From Acidobacteriota bacterium (lineage in GTDB: Bacteria; Acidobacteriota; Aminicenantia; Aminicenantales; Saccharicenantaceae): a stretch of DNA of 57,998 nucleotides. The notes under the pieces were generated by a model. That model did not search any database. It was not told the DNA's origin and was given only the letters and a program-made list of their open reading frames with translations. The stretch is taken from NCBI GenBank assembly GCA_029553365.1, contig JAKPCG010000106.1, forward strand, positions 67,130-125,127, written 5' to 3'. This document shows, piece after piece, positions 19,401 to 27,976 of this stretch (its first letter is position 1; each line of letters opens with the position of its first letter). Made by a program: the position numbers and the translations under genes.

Positions 19401-19921
19401 TCAGCTTACCTTTTACGGGGGAACCGGTTTCTCTGAAGTTCGCCTTTAATGAAAAAAGCAATCGCTTCCTGGTGACAGTGGCGATGTTTGGTGGTGGTGG
19501 ATTTTTCTCCCTGGTCCTGGAGCCGAACGGTATTAAGCTGGTGGAAGGCTCACTTGAGTTTGGTGGTAGTTTTGCCATGAATTTAGGGGTGGCCAGCGGC
19601 GGGATGGCTTTAATGGCTGGAATCTATTTCAGATATGAAGAAAATGCCGTTAATATTTCAGGTTATGTGCGCTGTACAGGAGAACTTGATGTCCTGGGTC
19701 TGATCAGCATTTCAGCTGAATTCTATCTTGAGCTTAACTATGAGGAACTAAAAAATAAAGTCTGGGGTCAGGCTTCGCTCACCGTCAAAATCAAACTCTT
19801 ATTTTTCAGTACAAAGGTAACTCTGCATGTCGAAAGAGAATTTGGCGCCTCACCTCCACCGCTTTTCAGCGACCTGATGGAAGAGAATGACTGGCTGGCC
19901 TATTGTCAGGCCTTTGCCTGA
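16487..19921 (+). CDS. giant hypothetical protein A (1144 aa) with twin-arginine signal; no recognisable domain family
   Basis: Uninterrupted 3.4-kb ORF with SD GAGGAGG at 16476-16482 before ATG 16487. The N-terminus 'TPAITRRKFLSYAGVLGASPFVA' matches the Tat consensus (S/T-R-R-x-F-L). The C-terminus is glycine-rich and hydrophobic. I found no enzyme motif. Confidence 0.85.
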   Translation: MSDAHLKKADQSGEKPKTPAITRRKFLSYAGVLGASPFVAQLPKVQKKIVSQAKIYIQPAGLIFNVLRPDDLLCLDFEFINFKVLNLPRPHLVKENRQQPAYMIVHFPPQSVAEKVFYETTPELKDTGQPELPQPPPIFSRISGPARLSFIIPDEINEIPLTLESLLAWQLYQPSLVPVALPPDASSRITRRVATSGKGSSNSAARSVLVASGPAGQNLHSQRDQLARVQYSQLNRLLLKPAAPQKNQTAIEMPYRLILSPNVYNIWVHAVKPVSINGWTELWQTRLAALNPDGSISESDNPYLALRAVWSPDVDLNNLTGPLSSEEVRLPLTANDRHQIVHLSSNFTLKKPDQSPYEPQPIRVNRMMLSSLGAWLDSIGNWSPVSPLSVVTWQHLATMGRDHYVRVVYKGYLLPFGHRASLVKVTERKFYKASDGQNFAYLLQKMYIAVSQPEKTFPAPFQPNEGREIPFRLVKITSLQTPPLDRPEDSQVLSNSGQKAFWPKVGKKDFQFQVTATDVEGHEIEFQLPMMFIDNQYAFDVTSLKSLVGIYNSEDEGAVKRRKPDLRGQSLSLAAERMEKDTTFEAESMTFELREAVQAGSKQAFELADQPMCFPAMDRAVIAIPALKNLLGLGRTTVRFAETYIQNGFNPSANKGEIFIQILENPPLLDFTAGGRAEKSGGLATPNFYLVGLSRILGPVGGQIGSASAEPQPDWSSGPRADADQKVLDEKDIKEALKEAVEGKFYPEKFFDSKAKILGGILLKDVVDKVEDFASPVKDALDKGQQLAGDLSPALKIKTEPVFEGSGQLPVGVKTFLKWTPGLHDFSIFIASRDRSKSRLTLNVEAVSYFNGKEATYQVKGELTDFTLDLIKDIKTFVRVKFSRFTFTAQNGQKPDVNPEIASLEFSGPFKFIEGLLKAIPLPGNFGSRSGFGGKPVVKVEPEGIRLGYSLSVPDVGFGVFSLQNLKFGGEISLPFTGEPVSLKFAFNEKSNRFLVTVAMFGGGGFFSLVLEPNGIKLVEGSLEFGGSFAMNLGVASGGMALMAGIYFRYEENAVNISGYVRCTGELDVLGLISISAEFYLELNYEELKNKVWGQASLTVKIKLLFFSTKVTLHVEREFGASPPPLFSDLMEENDWLAYCQAFA

Positions 19922-19935
19922 AAGGGAAGACGAAA

Positions 19936-22900
19936 ATGCCAAAATCAACTGTTATATGGACGCTATGTCCTAATGGTATAAAAGATGGGAAATTGCAGTT
20001 GTCGGCGGTAGTCTCTATCCGCCTGGAAGAGGAGGGCAGAGGGAGAACGCCCAGCCTGAATTTATTTCCAGATATCCTGAACTGGCCGGAAACTGTTCGA
20101 GCTTTAAATTTCGGGGTGATCTATGATAAGAAAAAAAGCCGGGAGCCACTGGCGATAAAAAGAATTTCTCCCGAGCCTGAGCTGGAACTCTGGCAGGCCA
20201 TATTCAAGCCAGAGGCTCCGGTTTTCTCCTACCAGCTGGCTGACCTCAGTAAAAACCTGGTCATTTCCTATCCGGTGAGAAATGTTATGACCTTCGTGGC
20301 TGCTCAGTACCTGAATGTAGCAGCTGAATCTCCGGAAGAACCGCCGCCCATAGCCAGAGTTTTTCATACTGATGGACTGGCTCAGATTCGCCTGAAGCCA
20401 ATTACCGACCACCGCTATGCCAAGACCGTTCAGCTTAAAACAACCCAGCCGATTATGGCTCAGTCAGTCAGGCGCGAAGCCGAAGGCCAGAAATTCAAAG
20501 CTGTTCAGGTTTCTCCTTTGCCTCAGCCTCCCCGGGACTTTTATCTGCTCAGAGAATTTTACAAACCAAAAAACAGGGTGACCATTGATCCCAAAACCAG
20601 ACAACCGATAGCCCAACGAGTCCCTGTTACTCGACCTCAGCCCGATTTTCACCAGGTTCTGGCCTTCCTGACCAGCTATCCAGCTCTCGAAAGGTTACTC
20701 GGTTTGGTGCTCGACTTTGAACTGGAAGTCCCGCCTGACTTTCCAGCAGCTGGCTGGATTAAATTAATTCCAGAAGGAAGAAGTGATGAAACTCTAAGGA
20801 CTGCTTATAACTATGATGCCTCAGGTGGAATTTTTGAAGCTGCCAGCCACCAGCAGCCACCTGAAGTTGTCCATGGTTTTCTAAACCTGGCTGATGAGGA
20901 AAGATATGAGCTGATCCAGCTCGATGTTGACGCTGTTGCCCTCCAGACGGCTGAGCTGGCCGACACAGCTGAGACCAGGGAAAAGGCTGACCTTCCCGGC
21001 CTGCGTTCAAGTGGGCTGGGGGTGATCAGAAATGAACAGGCAAAAAATGTAGCTGAAATCCTGGTTAAAGCTGTCGAACTCAATAACGATTTAATCAGGA
21101 AGCAAGAAATCACACTTTTTGCTGAAGACCTGATCCAGGGCTATCGGATTGATGTCTGGGACGATAAGTCGCAAAAATGGCACTCTCTCTGCCAGAGAGA
21201 AGGAACTTATCGATTGGTCAGGCTAGATAAGGAAATCACTCTGGAGGATGAAGGCTTCCTGTCACCGGCTGTCACCCAGGCAGCTGATGAATCATCCAAT
21301 GAAATCTATGTTCACGAAGCTCTGTTTCACTGGGATGGCTGGAGTCTGGTAGCTACCAGGCCCGGCAAGACTATTGACCGGGATGATGCCCCCCAAACTA
21401 TAGAAAACAAAGCCCTGAGTGATTTTTTGCTCGAAACCAAATTCAAGCCTGTCTCCAGATCACTGCCGAAGCTGCGCTACGGCACCGGCTACCGGTTGAG
21501 AGCCAGAACGGTAGATCTGGCTGGAAACAGTCAGCCGCTTGAAAACAATGATGATCGGCAGGCAATCCCGGGGCCAGCCAATCCGCCTTTTATTTTCAGT
21601 CGCTTTGATCCTGTTGCTTCTCCAGTTATTATCCCCAGAGAAGAACCAAAAACAGGCGAGACGGTGAGCCATCTGGTTATCAAAAGCTTTAATGATTCTA
21701 TTGACGGGGACAATGAACCTACCTCTCAGACATCTGACCGGCATCTGGCTCCGCCCAAAATCTCTCAATTTGACTCTGAACTTCATGGGCTGTTTGATAG
21801 TCCTTCCGGTCTTAAGCCTGAGGTTTATTCTCTAATCTGTCAGAAAGATGCTGGTAGATTTAATGAACTCGAGCCGGGAGATGAGGTTGAGCTACCCTAT
21901 TTTCCAGACCCCTGGGCGAGAGGAGTTTGTCTGCGTGGCTTACCTTATGGAGCGCCGGATCCCTGGCTGATTCCTTTTGTCGGCGACTGGCCTGATTTCC
22001 GGCCTTTCCGCCTGAGACTGGAGGAAGGTAGCCAGCCTGCCCGCTGGTCTGATTCTTCGCGAGTGCTAACAGTCTATCTTAAAAAGGGAGAGTCGGTGAG
22101 GCTTCGTCTCAGCTGCTATTTCCCGGAGAGATATCTCGAAATTCAGGGGTTTTATCGCTGGCTGGAAAAGCCAGAAAGAATACTGCCACCCAAAGTGATG
22201 AAGCCACCACGTGGCTTGCCTGCAGGACAGGTACAGACATTAAAGACTCTTCAGGTACCAAGAATAGACCTGAACCGGCTCAGGACTATTTCTCTGCAGG
22301 GAAAAAACTGGCTGATAACACCTTTTGAAGAGATTACCCTGAGTCATGCCACTCTTCAGCCAGTGGGTCGCCCTCAAGCCAGATTTCTGGAGGCTCAGAA
22401 AAGTTATGGGCAGACCGCCGCTATTCTCTTCGGGGAATTTGGAATTCATGGCCAGAGTACTTCCAGAGTTGAGTTGATAGCCAGCTGGTCAGAGCCAGTT
22501 GACGATCTGAATGAACCGGAACCAAAAGTTCTTGAAAGCCGGGCTCATGTTCTCGAGTTGACCGTCACTCCCGAGATGAGCTCAATCTCACTTACTCCAA
22601 AGACAGGGGAGAGACGGATCGAGGATTCAGATAATCAGCAACAGGTACCCAGGCCGATAACCAGTGCGGCGGTCATTGGTCTGCCTACCCCCGTTTATCG
22701 GCAGGAGTTTGGAGATACCAGGTTCCGACGGGTTAATTACAGCCTGATAGCGACGACCAGATATCAGGAACAATTTCCAGCCAGCGAACTGCCCAGGGAA
22801 GCTATTTATACCAGAAGTAGCCAGCCAGTTGAAGTCAAAGTATTAAACTCAGCCCCACCGGCCATGCCCAAAGTTGCTTACGTTATTCCCTCATTTAAAT

Positions 22901-23946
22901 GGGAGAGGAAACGTGACCGAAATCAGATCCAGAGCACCAGAAAAAGCGCTTTGCGGGTTTATATCGAAAGGCCCTGGTATTCTTCGGGCGAAGGCGAACT
23001 TCTGGCCGTTATTCTGCCTCCCGGGCTGGGGGTTACGCCCAAAAAGCGTAGCGGGACCGTGGTGACAGGTGGAGTAAAAGATCAAACCGTCACTGCCGGG
23101 GGAACACAGCCGCCAGTCCAGGTCCGGCCCCAGGTCCAGAAAAAAATTACCCAGTCACCTGTTTCACTCCACTTTCCGGCTGTGGCTACGGAATACAGAC
23201 CATATGTTAGCATGTGGGGAGCTGATCCGCTCTGGAAATCAGGCAGCACCTGGCCTCCGGAATATCCATCACCCGAGGCTTTTCCGGCGGCAGTAGAAAT
23301 AATGGGGGAGCTGCCTCTGCTGGAAATGCCCGAAGAAAAAAAGTTCATCGCAGTTGGCCATGAAGTAGAATATGATAAGGAGCGGGGACTCTGGTATTGT
23401 GATTTAGAGCTTGACCCGGGTCAAGCTTATTTCCCATTTATCAGACTGGCTCTGGCCAGATTTCAGCCTGACTCAGTTCCTGGAGCTCATTTGTCGAAAG
23501 TGGTGGTAACTAATTTTGGGCAAATTCTGCCTGAGCGGGTGCTGGGCGTCACTTTTAATCCATCTAATCTGGCGGAGATAGGTTTTACTTTGTCCGGGAT
23601 TTCGTATAACAGGGGATACGGGGCTGACGGGCCGGGAGTGGTCGAAGTCTCTCTCGAAACGAGGAAACTCAATCTACCCGAAGAAATCGGCTGGGAAGAA
23701 GTTCCAGAAACTTCAATTACCCTTAAGCCCCAGAGCTCCGGGGCAAGGGAAAGCAGTTGGTATGTCTGGAAAGGATGTCTGAAACTGCCGAAGGAAATAA
23801 AAGTTCGGGACTATCGGCTGACCATAAGAGAATATGAAATTTTTGACACTGATGAACTGGACAGGACCACAGCCACCGTCACCGCTGTACCCAAAAAATT
23901 TAAGCGACTGGTTTATGCCGAAACCATCAAATTGGCTGATCTATAG
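19936..23946 (+). CDS. giant hypothetical protein B (about 1336 aa), no signal peptide; no recognisable domain family
   Basis: Uninterrupted 4.0-kb ORF. ATG 19936 lies 14 nt after the TGA of ORF A (19919-19921), with a purine-rich AAGGGAAGA just upstream. The ORF-track start at 19903 is a TTG inside ORF A. No TM segment or signal is visible. Confidence 0.85.
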   Translation: MPKSTVIWTLCPNGIKDGKLQLSAVVSIRLEEEGRGRTPSLNLFPDILNWPETVRALNFGVIYDKKKSREPLAIKRISPEPELELWQAIFKPEAPVFSYQLADLSKNLVISYPVRNVMTFVAAQYLNVAAESPEEPPPIARVFHTDGLAQIRLKPITDHRYAKTVQLKTTQPIMAQSVRREAEGQKFKAVQVSPLPQPPRDFYLLREFYKPKNRVTIDPKTRQPIAQRVPVTRPQPDFHQVLAFLTSYPALERLLGLVLDFELEVPPDFPAAGWIKLIPEGRSDETLRTAYNYDASGGIFEAASHQQPPEVVHGFLNLADEERYELIQLDVDAVALQTAELADTAETREKADLPGLRSSGLGVIRNEQAKNVAEILVKAVELNNDLIRKQEITLFAEDLIQGYRIDVWDDKSQKWHSLCQREGTYRLVRLDKEITLEDEGFLSPAVTQAADESSNEIYVHEALFHWDGWSLVATRPGKTIDRDDAPQTIENKALSDFLLETKFKPVSRSLPKLRYGTGYRLRARTVDLAGNSQPLENNDDRQAIPGPANPPFIFSRFDPVASPVIIPREEPKTGETVSHLVIKSFNDSIDGDNEPTSQTSDRHLAPPKISQFDSELHGLFDSPSGLKPEVYSLICQKDAGRFNELEPGDEVELPYFPDPWARGVCLRGLPYGAPDPWLIPFVGDWPDFRPFRLRLEEGSQPARWSDSSRVLTVYLKKGESVRLRLSCYFPERYLEIQGFYRWLEKPERILPPKVMKPPRGLPAGQVQTLKTLQVPRIDLNRLRTISLQGKNWLITPFEEITLSHATLQPVGRPQARFLEAQKSYGQTAAILFGEFGIHGQSTSRVELIASWSEPVDDLNEPEPKVLESRAHVLELTVTPEMSSISLTPKTGERRIEDSDNQQQVPRPITSAAVIGLPTPVYRQEFGDTRFRRVNYSLIATTRYQEQFPASELPREAIYTRSSQPVEVKVLNSAPPAMPKVAYVIPSFKWERKRDRNQIQSTRKSALRVYIERPWYSSGEGELLAVILPPGLGVTPKKRSGTVVTGGVKDQTVTAGGTQPPVQVRPQVQKKITQSPVSLHFPAVATEYRPYVSMWGADPLWKSGSTWPPEYPSPEAFPAAVEIMGELPLLEMPEEKKFIAVGHEVEYDKERGLWYCDLELDPGQAYFPFIRLALARFQPDSVPGAHLSKVVVTNFGQILPERVLGVTFNPSNLAEIGFTLSGISYNRGYGADGPGVVEVSLETRKLNLPEEIGWEEVPETSITLKPQSSGARESSWYVWKGCLKLPKEIKVRDYRLTIREYEIFDTDELDRTTATVTAVPKKFKRLVYAETIKLADL

Positions 23947-24013
23947 ACAAAAATTCAAATCCATCCATTCCGGGCTTTTGTGCAGTCCGAGCTGATCTTG
24001 CCACTCCAGTCCA

Positions 24014-24523
24014 TCAGCGATGCTGAACTATATTTTTTACAGTAATATAGGGATTAAAAATGTACCCGCTGCCAGTCCAGCTGTGAGAGCGTTCAGCATC
24101 AAAATCGAGGGTCAGCTTGGTGGTCGTATCTTTGGCAATCGTAAAGTGGCAGGGTAAGGCCACGGTTATCGCCGGTGTCATATCAATGGTAAAAGTTCTT
24201 TCAGTGGTGATAATCTCTACCCTGGAGATGACCAGCTTGAGACCGGAATAAGTTCCCTCGGGCAAATTCAGGACAGCCAGCCTCTCTTCTCGGCCGCGAA
24301 GAGGCAGGAGATCAATTCGCTTTGGTTCGGTTAAAAGATTATCTGTCCAGCTCTGGCGATCTTCATTCCGAAGATATATAGCCTCCAGGGTGATATAAAA
24401 GTTCTGCAGGTTAGGAGCTGGAGCATCTGTCAGATATAATTCAAAATTAGAAGAGGATTGTGGAGAACAGCCGAACTGACTGATAATAAAAACAAAAGCC
24501 AGGAACAGGCCAGCCTTTTTCAT
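24014..24523 (-). CDS. DUF4382-like small lipoprotein
   Basis: 169-aa ORF with signal peptide 'MKKAGLFLAFVFIISQFGC' (Cys after the hydrophobic core, lipobox-like). It is followed by 'LYLTDAP', which I associate with DUF4382. Confidence 0.6.
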   Translation of the reverse strand: MKKAGLFLAFVFIISQFGCSPQSSSNFELYLTDAPAPNLQNFYITLEAIYLRNEDRQSWTDNLLTEPKRIDLLPLRGREERLAVLNLPEGTYSGLKLVISRVEIITTERTFTIDMTPAITVALPCHFTIAKDTTTKLTLDFDAERSHSWTGSGYIFNPYITVKNIVQHR

Positions 24524-24787
24524 CGCCCACCTCCTTTTATTTTATATTTTAGCTAAACTGTCCTGCGCCTGTCAATTATTCGAATTGCCTCACTTAAAAT
24601 CTACTTAAAAGTGATTAGTTGCTTCACGAGAAAATCTACACGAGAATCTTTTGCCTTCTGGCTAAGATTGAAGCCAGATTCGATGGAGAGATTAGCCGGG
24701 AGTTGAAGCAATGGGTTTGGAAGTGAAGGTTAAGAAAGCGGTCGGGAAGAAACTTTTTACCTGGAATAATTAATCAACCAGCTACAG

Positions 24788-27700
24788 TCACTGATATTCG
24801 GCCCAGTGCTTGATTTTTAGGTCGTCTATCTTTTTTGAGACAAAAGCCTGAACAAAGGCTTCAGCCAGCTGCAGGTTGGTGATAACCGGTATTCCCAGGT
24901 CAACAGACAGGCGTCTCATTTTATAGTCTGAATCGAATTCAATCCTTTTACCGGTATGAGGAATAGAAATCAAAAAGTCAATTTTCTTTTCCATCAGGAA
25001 CTCTTTGAGATTTGGCTCTTGCTTCTGATGAATTTTAAAGAGCCTGGTAGTTTCGATTCCATTCCTTCGCAAAAATCTGGCAGTCCCTTCGGTGGCATAG
25101 ATTTTAAGTCCGGTGCCGGCCAGCTCCCGGGCTGCGGCCAAAAACCTCTGTTTATTTTCTTCGCCGCCCAGACTCAACAAAATTGACTTTTGAGGTAACC
25201 TGAAGCCGGCCGCCAGCATCGCCTTGAGCAGAGCCTCCTGGAGATCATCGCCCAGGCAGGCAACTTCACCGGTCGAGGCCATTTCGACTCCCAGGCAGGG
25301 ATCAGCTCCTTTAAGCCTCGAAAAAGAAAATTGTGGAGCTTTGACGCCAACATAATTTAGTTCAAAAATCGAGCGACTCGGGCTAACCGGCAGCCCCAGC
25401 ATGGATTTAACCGCCAGCTCAATAAAAGGGATCCGTGAAACCTTGGAAACAAAAGGCAAAGAACGAGAAGCCCGCAGATTGCATTCAATGACTTTAAGGG
25501 CATTGTCTCTGGCCAGCAACTGCAGGTTGAATGGCCCGGTTATTTTTAAAGCCCGGGCAATTTTTTCTCCGATTATTCTTATCCGGCGGACGGTTTCCAG
25601 ATAAAGCTTTTGAGGCGGAACAACCATGGTGGCATCGCCGGAATGAACCCCGGCATTTTCTATATGTTCAATGATGGCCGAAGCTACAATTCGGCCTTGA
25701 TTGGCCACTGCTTCCAGTTCAATTTCCTTGGCCCCGAGAATAAACTTGGAAATAACTACCGGGTGCTCGGGCGAGACCAGTGAAGCCCGCTTTAAATACC
25801 TGTCCAGAAATTTTTCTTCAAAAACCAGGCTCATGGCTGCCCCGCTCAATACATAAGAAGGACGGATTATGACCGGATAACCAATTTCCTGGCAGAATCT
25901 TCGGGCTTCTTCCAGGCTGGTCACTTCTTTCCAGGGTGGCTGGTCAATCTGGAGTTCATCTAAAAGTCTCGAAAACTGGCGGCGGTCTTCTGCCCGGTCA
26001 ATATCTTCCGGCGAGGTACCGAGAAGATGAAGACTTGCCCGGTGTAGTTTTAAAGCCAGATTGTTTGGTACCTGCCCGCCCATCGAGACAATGATCCCGG
26101 CCGGTTTTTCTTTCTGGTAAATATCGAAAACTCTTTCCAGACTGAGTTCATCAAAATAAAGTCGATCGCACATATCATAGTCAGTCGAAACCGTCTCTGG
26201 ATTGTAATTGACCATGATCGTTTGATAGCCCAGCTGTCGCAAAGCCAGAGAAGTATTAACGCAGCACCAATCAAACTCCACCGACGAACCGATACTATAT
26301 GGGCCAGAGCCCAGAACCATAATTTTTTTCTTTAAATGGTTGAAATTTAAATCATCTTCCTGGCCATTGTAGGTAAGATAAAGATAGTTAGTTCTGGCAG
26401 GATATTCCGCAGCTAAGGTATCAATCTGTTTGACTGCCGGTCGGAGTTTAAGACTCTCCCGTTTTTGACGGACTTCATCTTCAGTTGTCCGGCTAAAGAT
26501 AGCCAGCTGTTTGTCCGAAAAACCTTTCTTCTTGGCTTCCAGCCAGAGAGCAGCCGGCAATTCTTTGAGAGCATATTTTCTGATCCTTTCTTCCAGCTCG
26601 ACCAGACCTTTCATTTTGTATAAAAACCAGGGATCAATTTTAGTCAGAGCAGCTACTTTTTCGACTGACCAGCCTTTTTTAAAGGCCTCGGCCAGACCGA
26701 AAAGTCTTTCATCTGTTGGTTGATAAAGCTCTTTCTCCAGGTTTTGGAAAGAATAGTTTTCATTGCCAACAAAGCCATACATGCCGACCTGAAGCATGCG
26801 AATTGCTTTTTGCAGGGCTTCTTCAAAGCTCCGACCAATGGCCATGACTTCACCCACCGATTTCATTTCAGAGCCTATTTTCTTGGAAACCCTGGCAAAT
26901 TTTTTCAGGTCCCAGCGAGGAATCTTCACCGTGACATAATCGAGGGCCGGCTCAAAGCAGGCGGTGGTTGTTCCCGTCACCGAATTTTTCAGCTCAGGGA
27001 GGGTATAGCCCAGCATCAACTTGGCAGCGATGAAAGCCAGCGGATAGCCGGTAGCTTTGGAGGCCAGGGCTGAGGAGCGGGATAGCCTGGCATTGACCTC
27101 AATAATCCGGTAATCGCTATTGACCGGATTTAAGGCAAATTGAATATTGCATTCTCCGATAATGCCCAGCGTCCTGACAGTTTTAAAGGCAATCTCCCGC
27201 AGGCCGTGATATTCGCGATTGGTCAGGGTTTGAGAAGGGGCTACAACCACGCTTTCACCGGTATGAATCCCCATTGGATCAAGATTTTCCATGTTGCAGA
27301 TAGCCAGGCAATTATCAGCCTGGTCACGGATTATTTCATATTCGATTTCCTTCCAGCCCTCAAGATACTCTTCGATTAAAACCTGATTGGACCGGGACAA
27401 AGCCAGGAAAAGTTTTTCGGTGAGTTCTGCCTGATTAGAGCAAAGAGAGCTGCCCTGACCGCCGAGAGCGAACGCTGACCGCAGCATTACCGGAAAACCA
27501 ATCTTTTGAGCGGCAGTCAATCCTTCCGCCAGCGAAGAAACGGCCTGACCGCGGGGAGTCTTGAGAGAAGCTGAGGCCAGAACTGCATTAAATAGACCGC
27601 GATCTTCGGTGATTTCTACCGCTTTGAGTGGCGGGCCAAGGACCCGGATTTTATACTTATCAAGGAGACCATCCCGGGCCAGCTCCAGTCCGCAGTTAAG

Positions 27701-27976
27701 AGCAGTTTGACCGCCGAAAGATATCAACAAAGCCTGCGGTTGTTCTCTGGCGATGATTTTCTCCACCAGCGATGACTCCACCGGCATAAAATAAACTTTA
27801 TCAGCCAGGAAATCTGAAGTCTGAAAAGTAGCTATGTTGGGATTGACCAGCACTACTTCGATATTTTCTTCTTTAAGAGCTTTGATGGCCTGGCTGCCAG
27901 AGTAATCAAACTCACCGGCTTCACCGATTTTGATCGCCCCACTGCCCAGCAGGAGGACTTTCTCCGGCTTTTTCAT
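24788..27976 (-). CDS. carB: carbamoyl-phosphate synthase large subunit
   Basis: 1062-aa ORF with duplicated ATP-grasp halves. It opens 'KVLLLGSGAIKIGEAGEFDYSGSQA', has a second 'KIMVLGSGPYSIGSSVEFDWC', and ends in an MGS-like domain. It overlaps the carA stop by 4 nt. Confidence 0.95.
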   Translation of the reverse strand: MKKPEKVLLLGSGAIKIGEAGEFDYSGSQAIKALKEENIEVVLVNPNIATFQTSDFLADKVYFMPVESSLVEKIIAREQPQALLISFGGQTALNCGLELARDGLLDKYKIRVLGPPLKAVEITEDRGLFNAVLASASLKTPRGQAVSSLAEGLTAAQKIGFPVMLRSAFALGGQGSSLCSNQAELTEKLFLALSRSNQVLIEEYLEGWKEIEYEIIRDQADNCLAICNMENLDPMGIHTGESVVVAPSQTLTNREYHGLREIAFKTVRTLGIIGECNIQFALNPVNSDYRIIEVNARLSRSSALASKATGYPLAFIAAKLMLGYTLPELKNSVTGTTTACFEPALDYVTVKIPRWDLKKFARVSKKIGSEMKSVGEVMAIGRSFEEALQKAIRMLQVGMYGFVGNENYSFQNLEKELYQPTDERLFGLAEAFKKGWSVEKVAALTKIDPWFLYKMKGLVELEERIRKYALKELPAALWLEAKKKGFSDKQLAIFSRTTEDEVRQKRESLKLRPAVKQIDTLAAEYPARTNYLYLTYNGQEDDLNFNHLKKKIMVLGSGPYSIGSSVEFDWCCVNTSLALRQLGYQTIMVNYNPETVSTDYDMCDRLYFDELSLERVFDIYQKEKPAGIIVSMGGQVPNNLALKLHRASLHLLGTSPEDIDRAEDRRQFSRLLDELQIDQPPWKEVTSLEEARRFCQEIGYPVIIRPSYVLSGAAMSLVFEEKFLDRYLKRASLVSPEHPVVISKFILGAKEIELEAVANQGRIVASAIIEHIENAGVHSGDATMVVPPQKLYLETVRRIRIIGEKIARALKITGPFNLQLLARDNALKVIECNLRASRSLPFVSKVSRIPFIELAVKSMLGLPVSPSRSIFELNYVGVKAPQFSFSRLKGADPCLGVEMASTGEVACLGDDLQEALLKAMLAAGFRLPQKSILLSLGGEENKQRFLAAARELAGTGLKIYATEGTARFLRRNGIETTRLFKIHQKQEPNLKEFLMEKKIDFLISIPHTGKRIEFDSDYKMRRLSVDLGIPVITNLQLAEAFVQAFVSKKIDDLKIKHWAEYQ

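Noticed and set aside
19903-19935. TTG-initiated 11-codon extension of giant ORF B (ORF-track start)
   Set aside because: It would begin inside ORF A. The ATG at 19936, with a purine-rich stretch just upstream, is the more conventional start. This does not affect interpretation.
16487-23946. Idea that the giant ORFs are RHS/YD-repeat, haemagglutinin-type adhesin, Tc-toxin or NTPase-based defence proteins
   Set aside because: I saw no YD/RHS repeats, no long tandem Ig or haemagglutinin repeats, and no Walker A/B, nuclease or HExxH motifs in either translation. The Tat leader also argues against a cytoplasmic defence role. These labels are therefore left unassigned.
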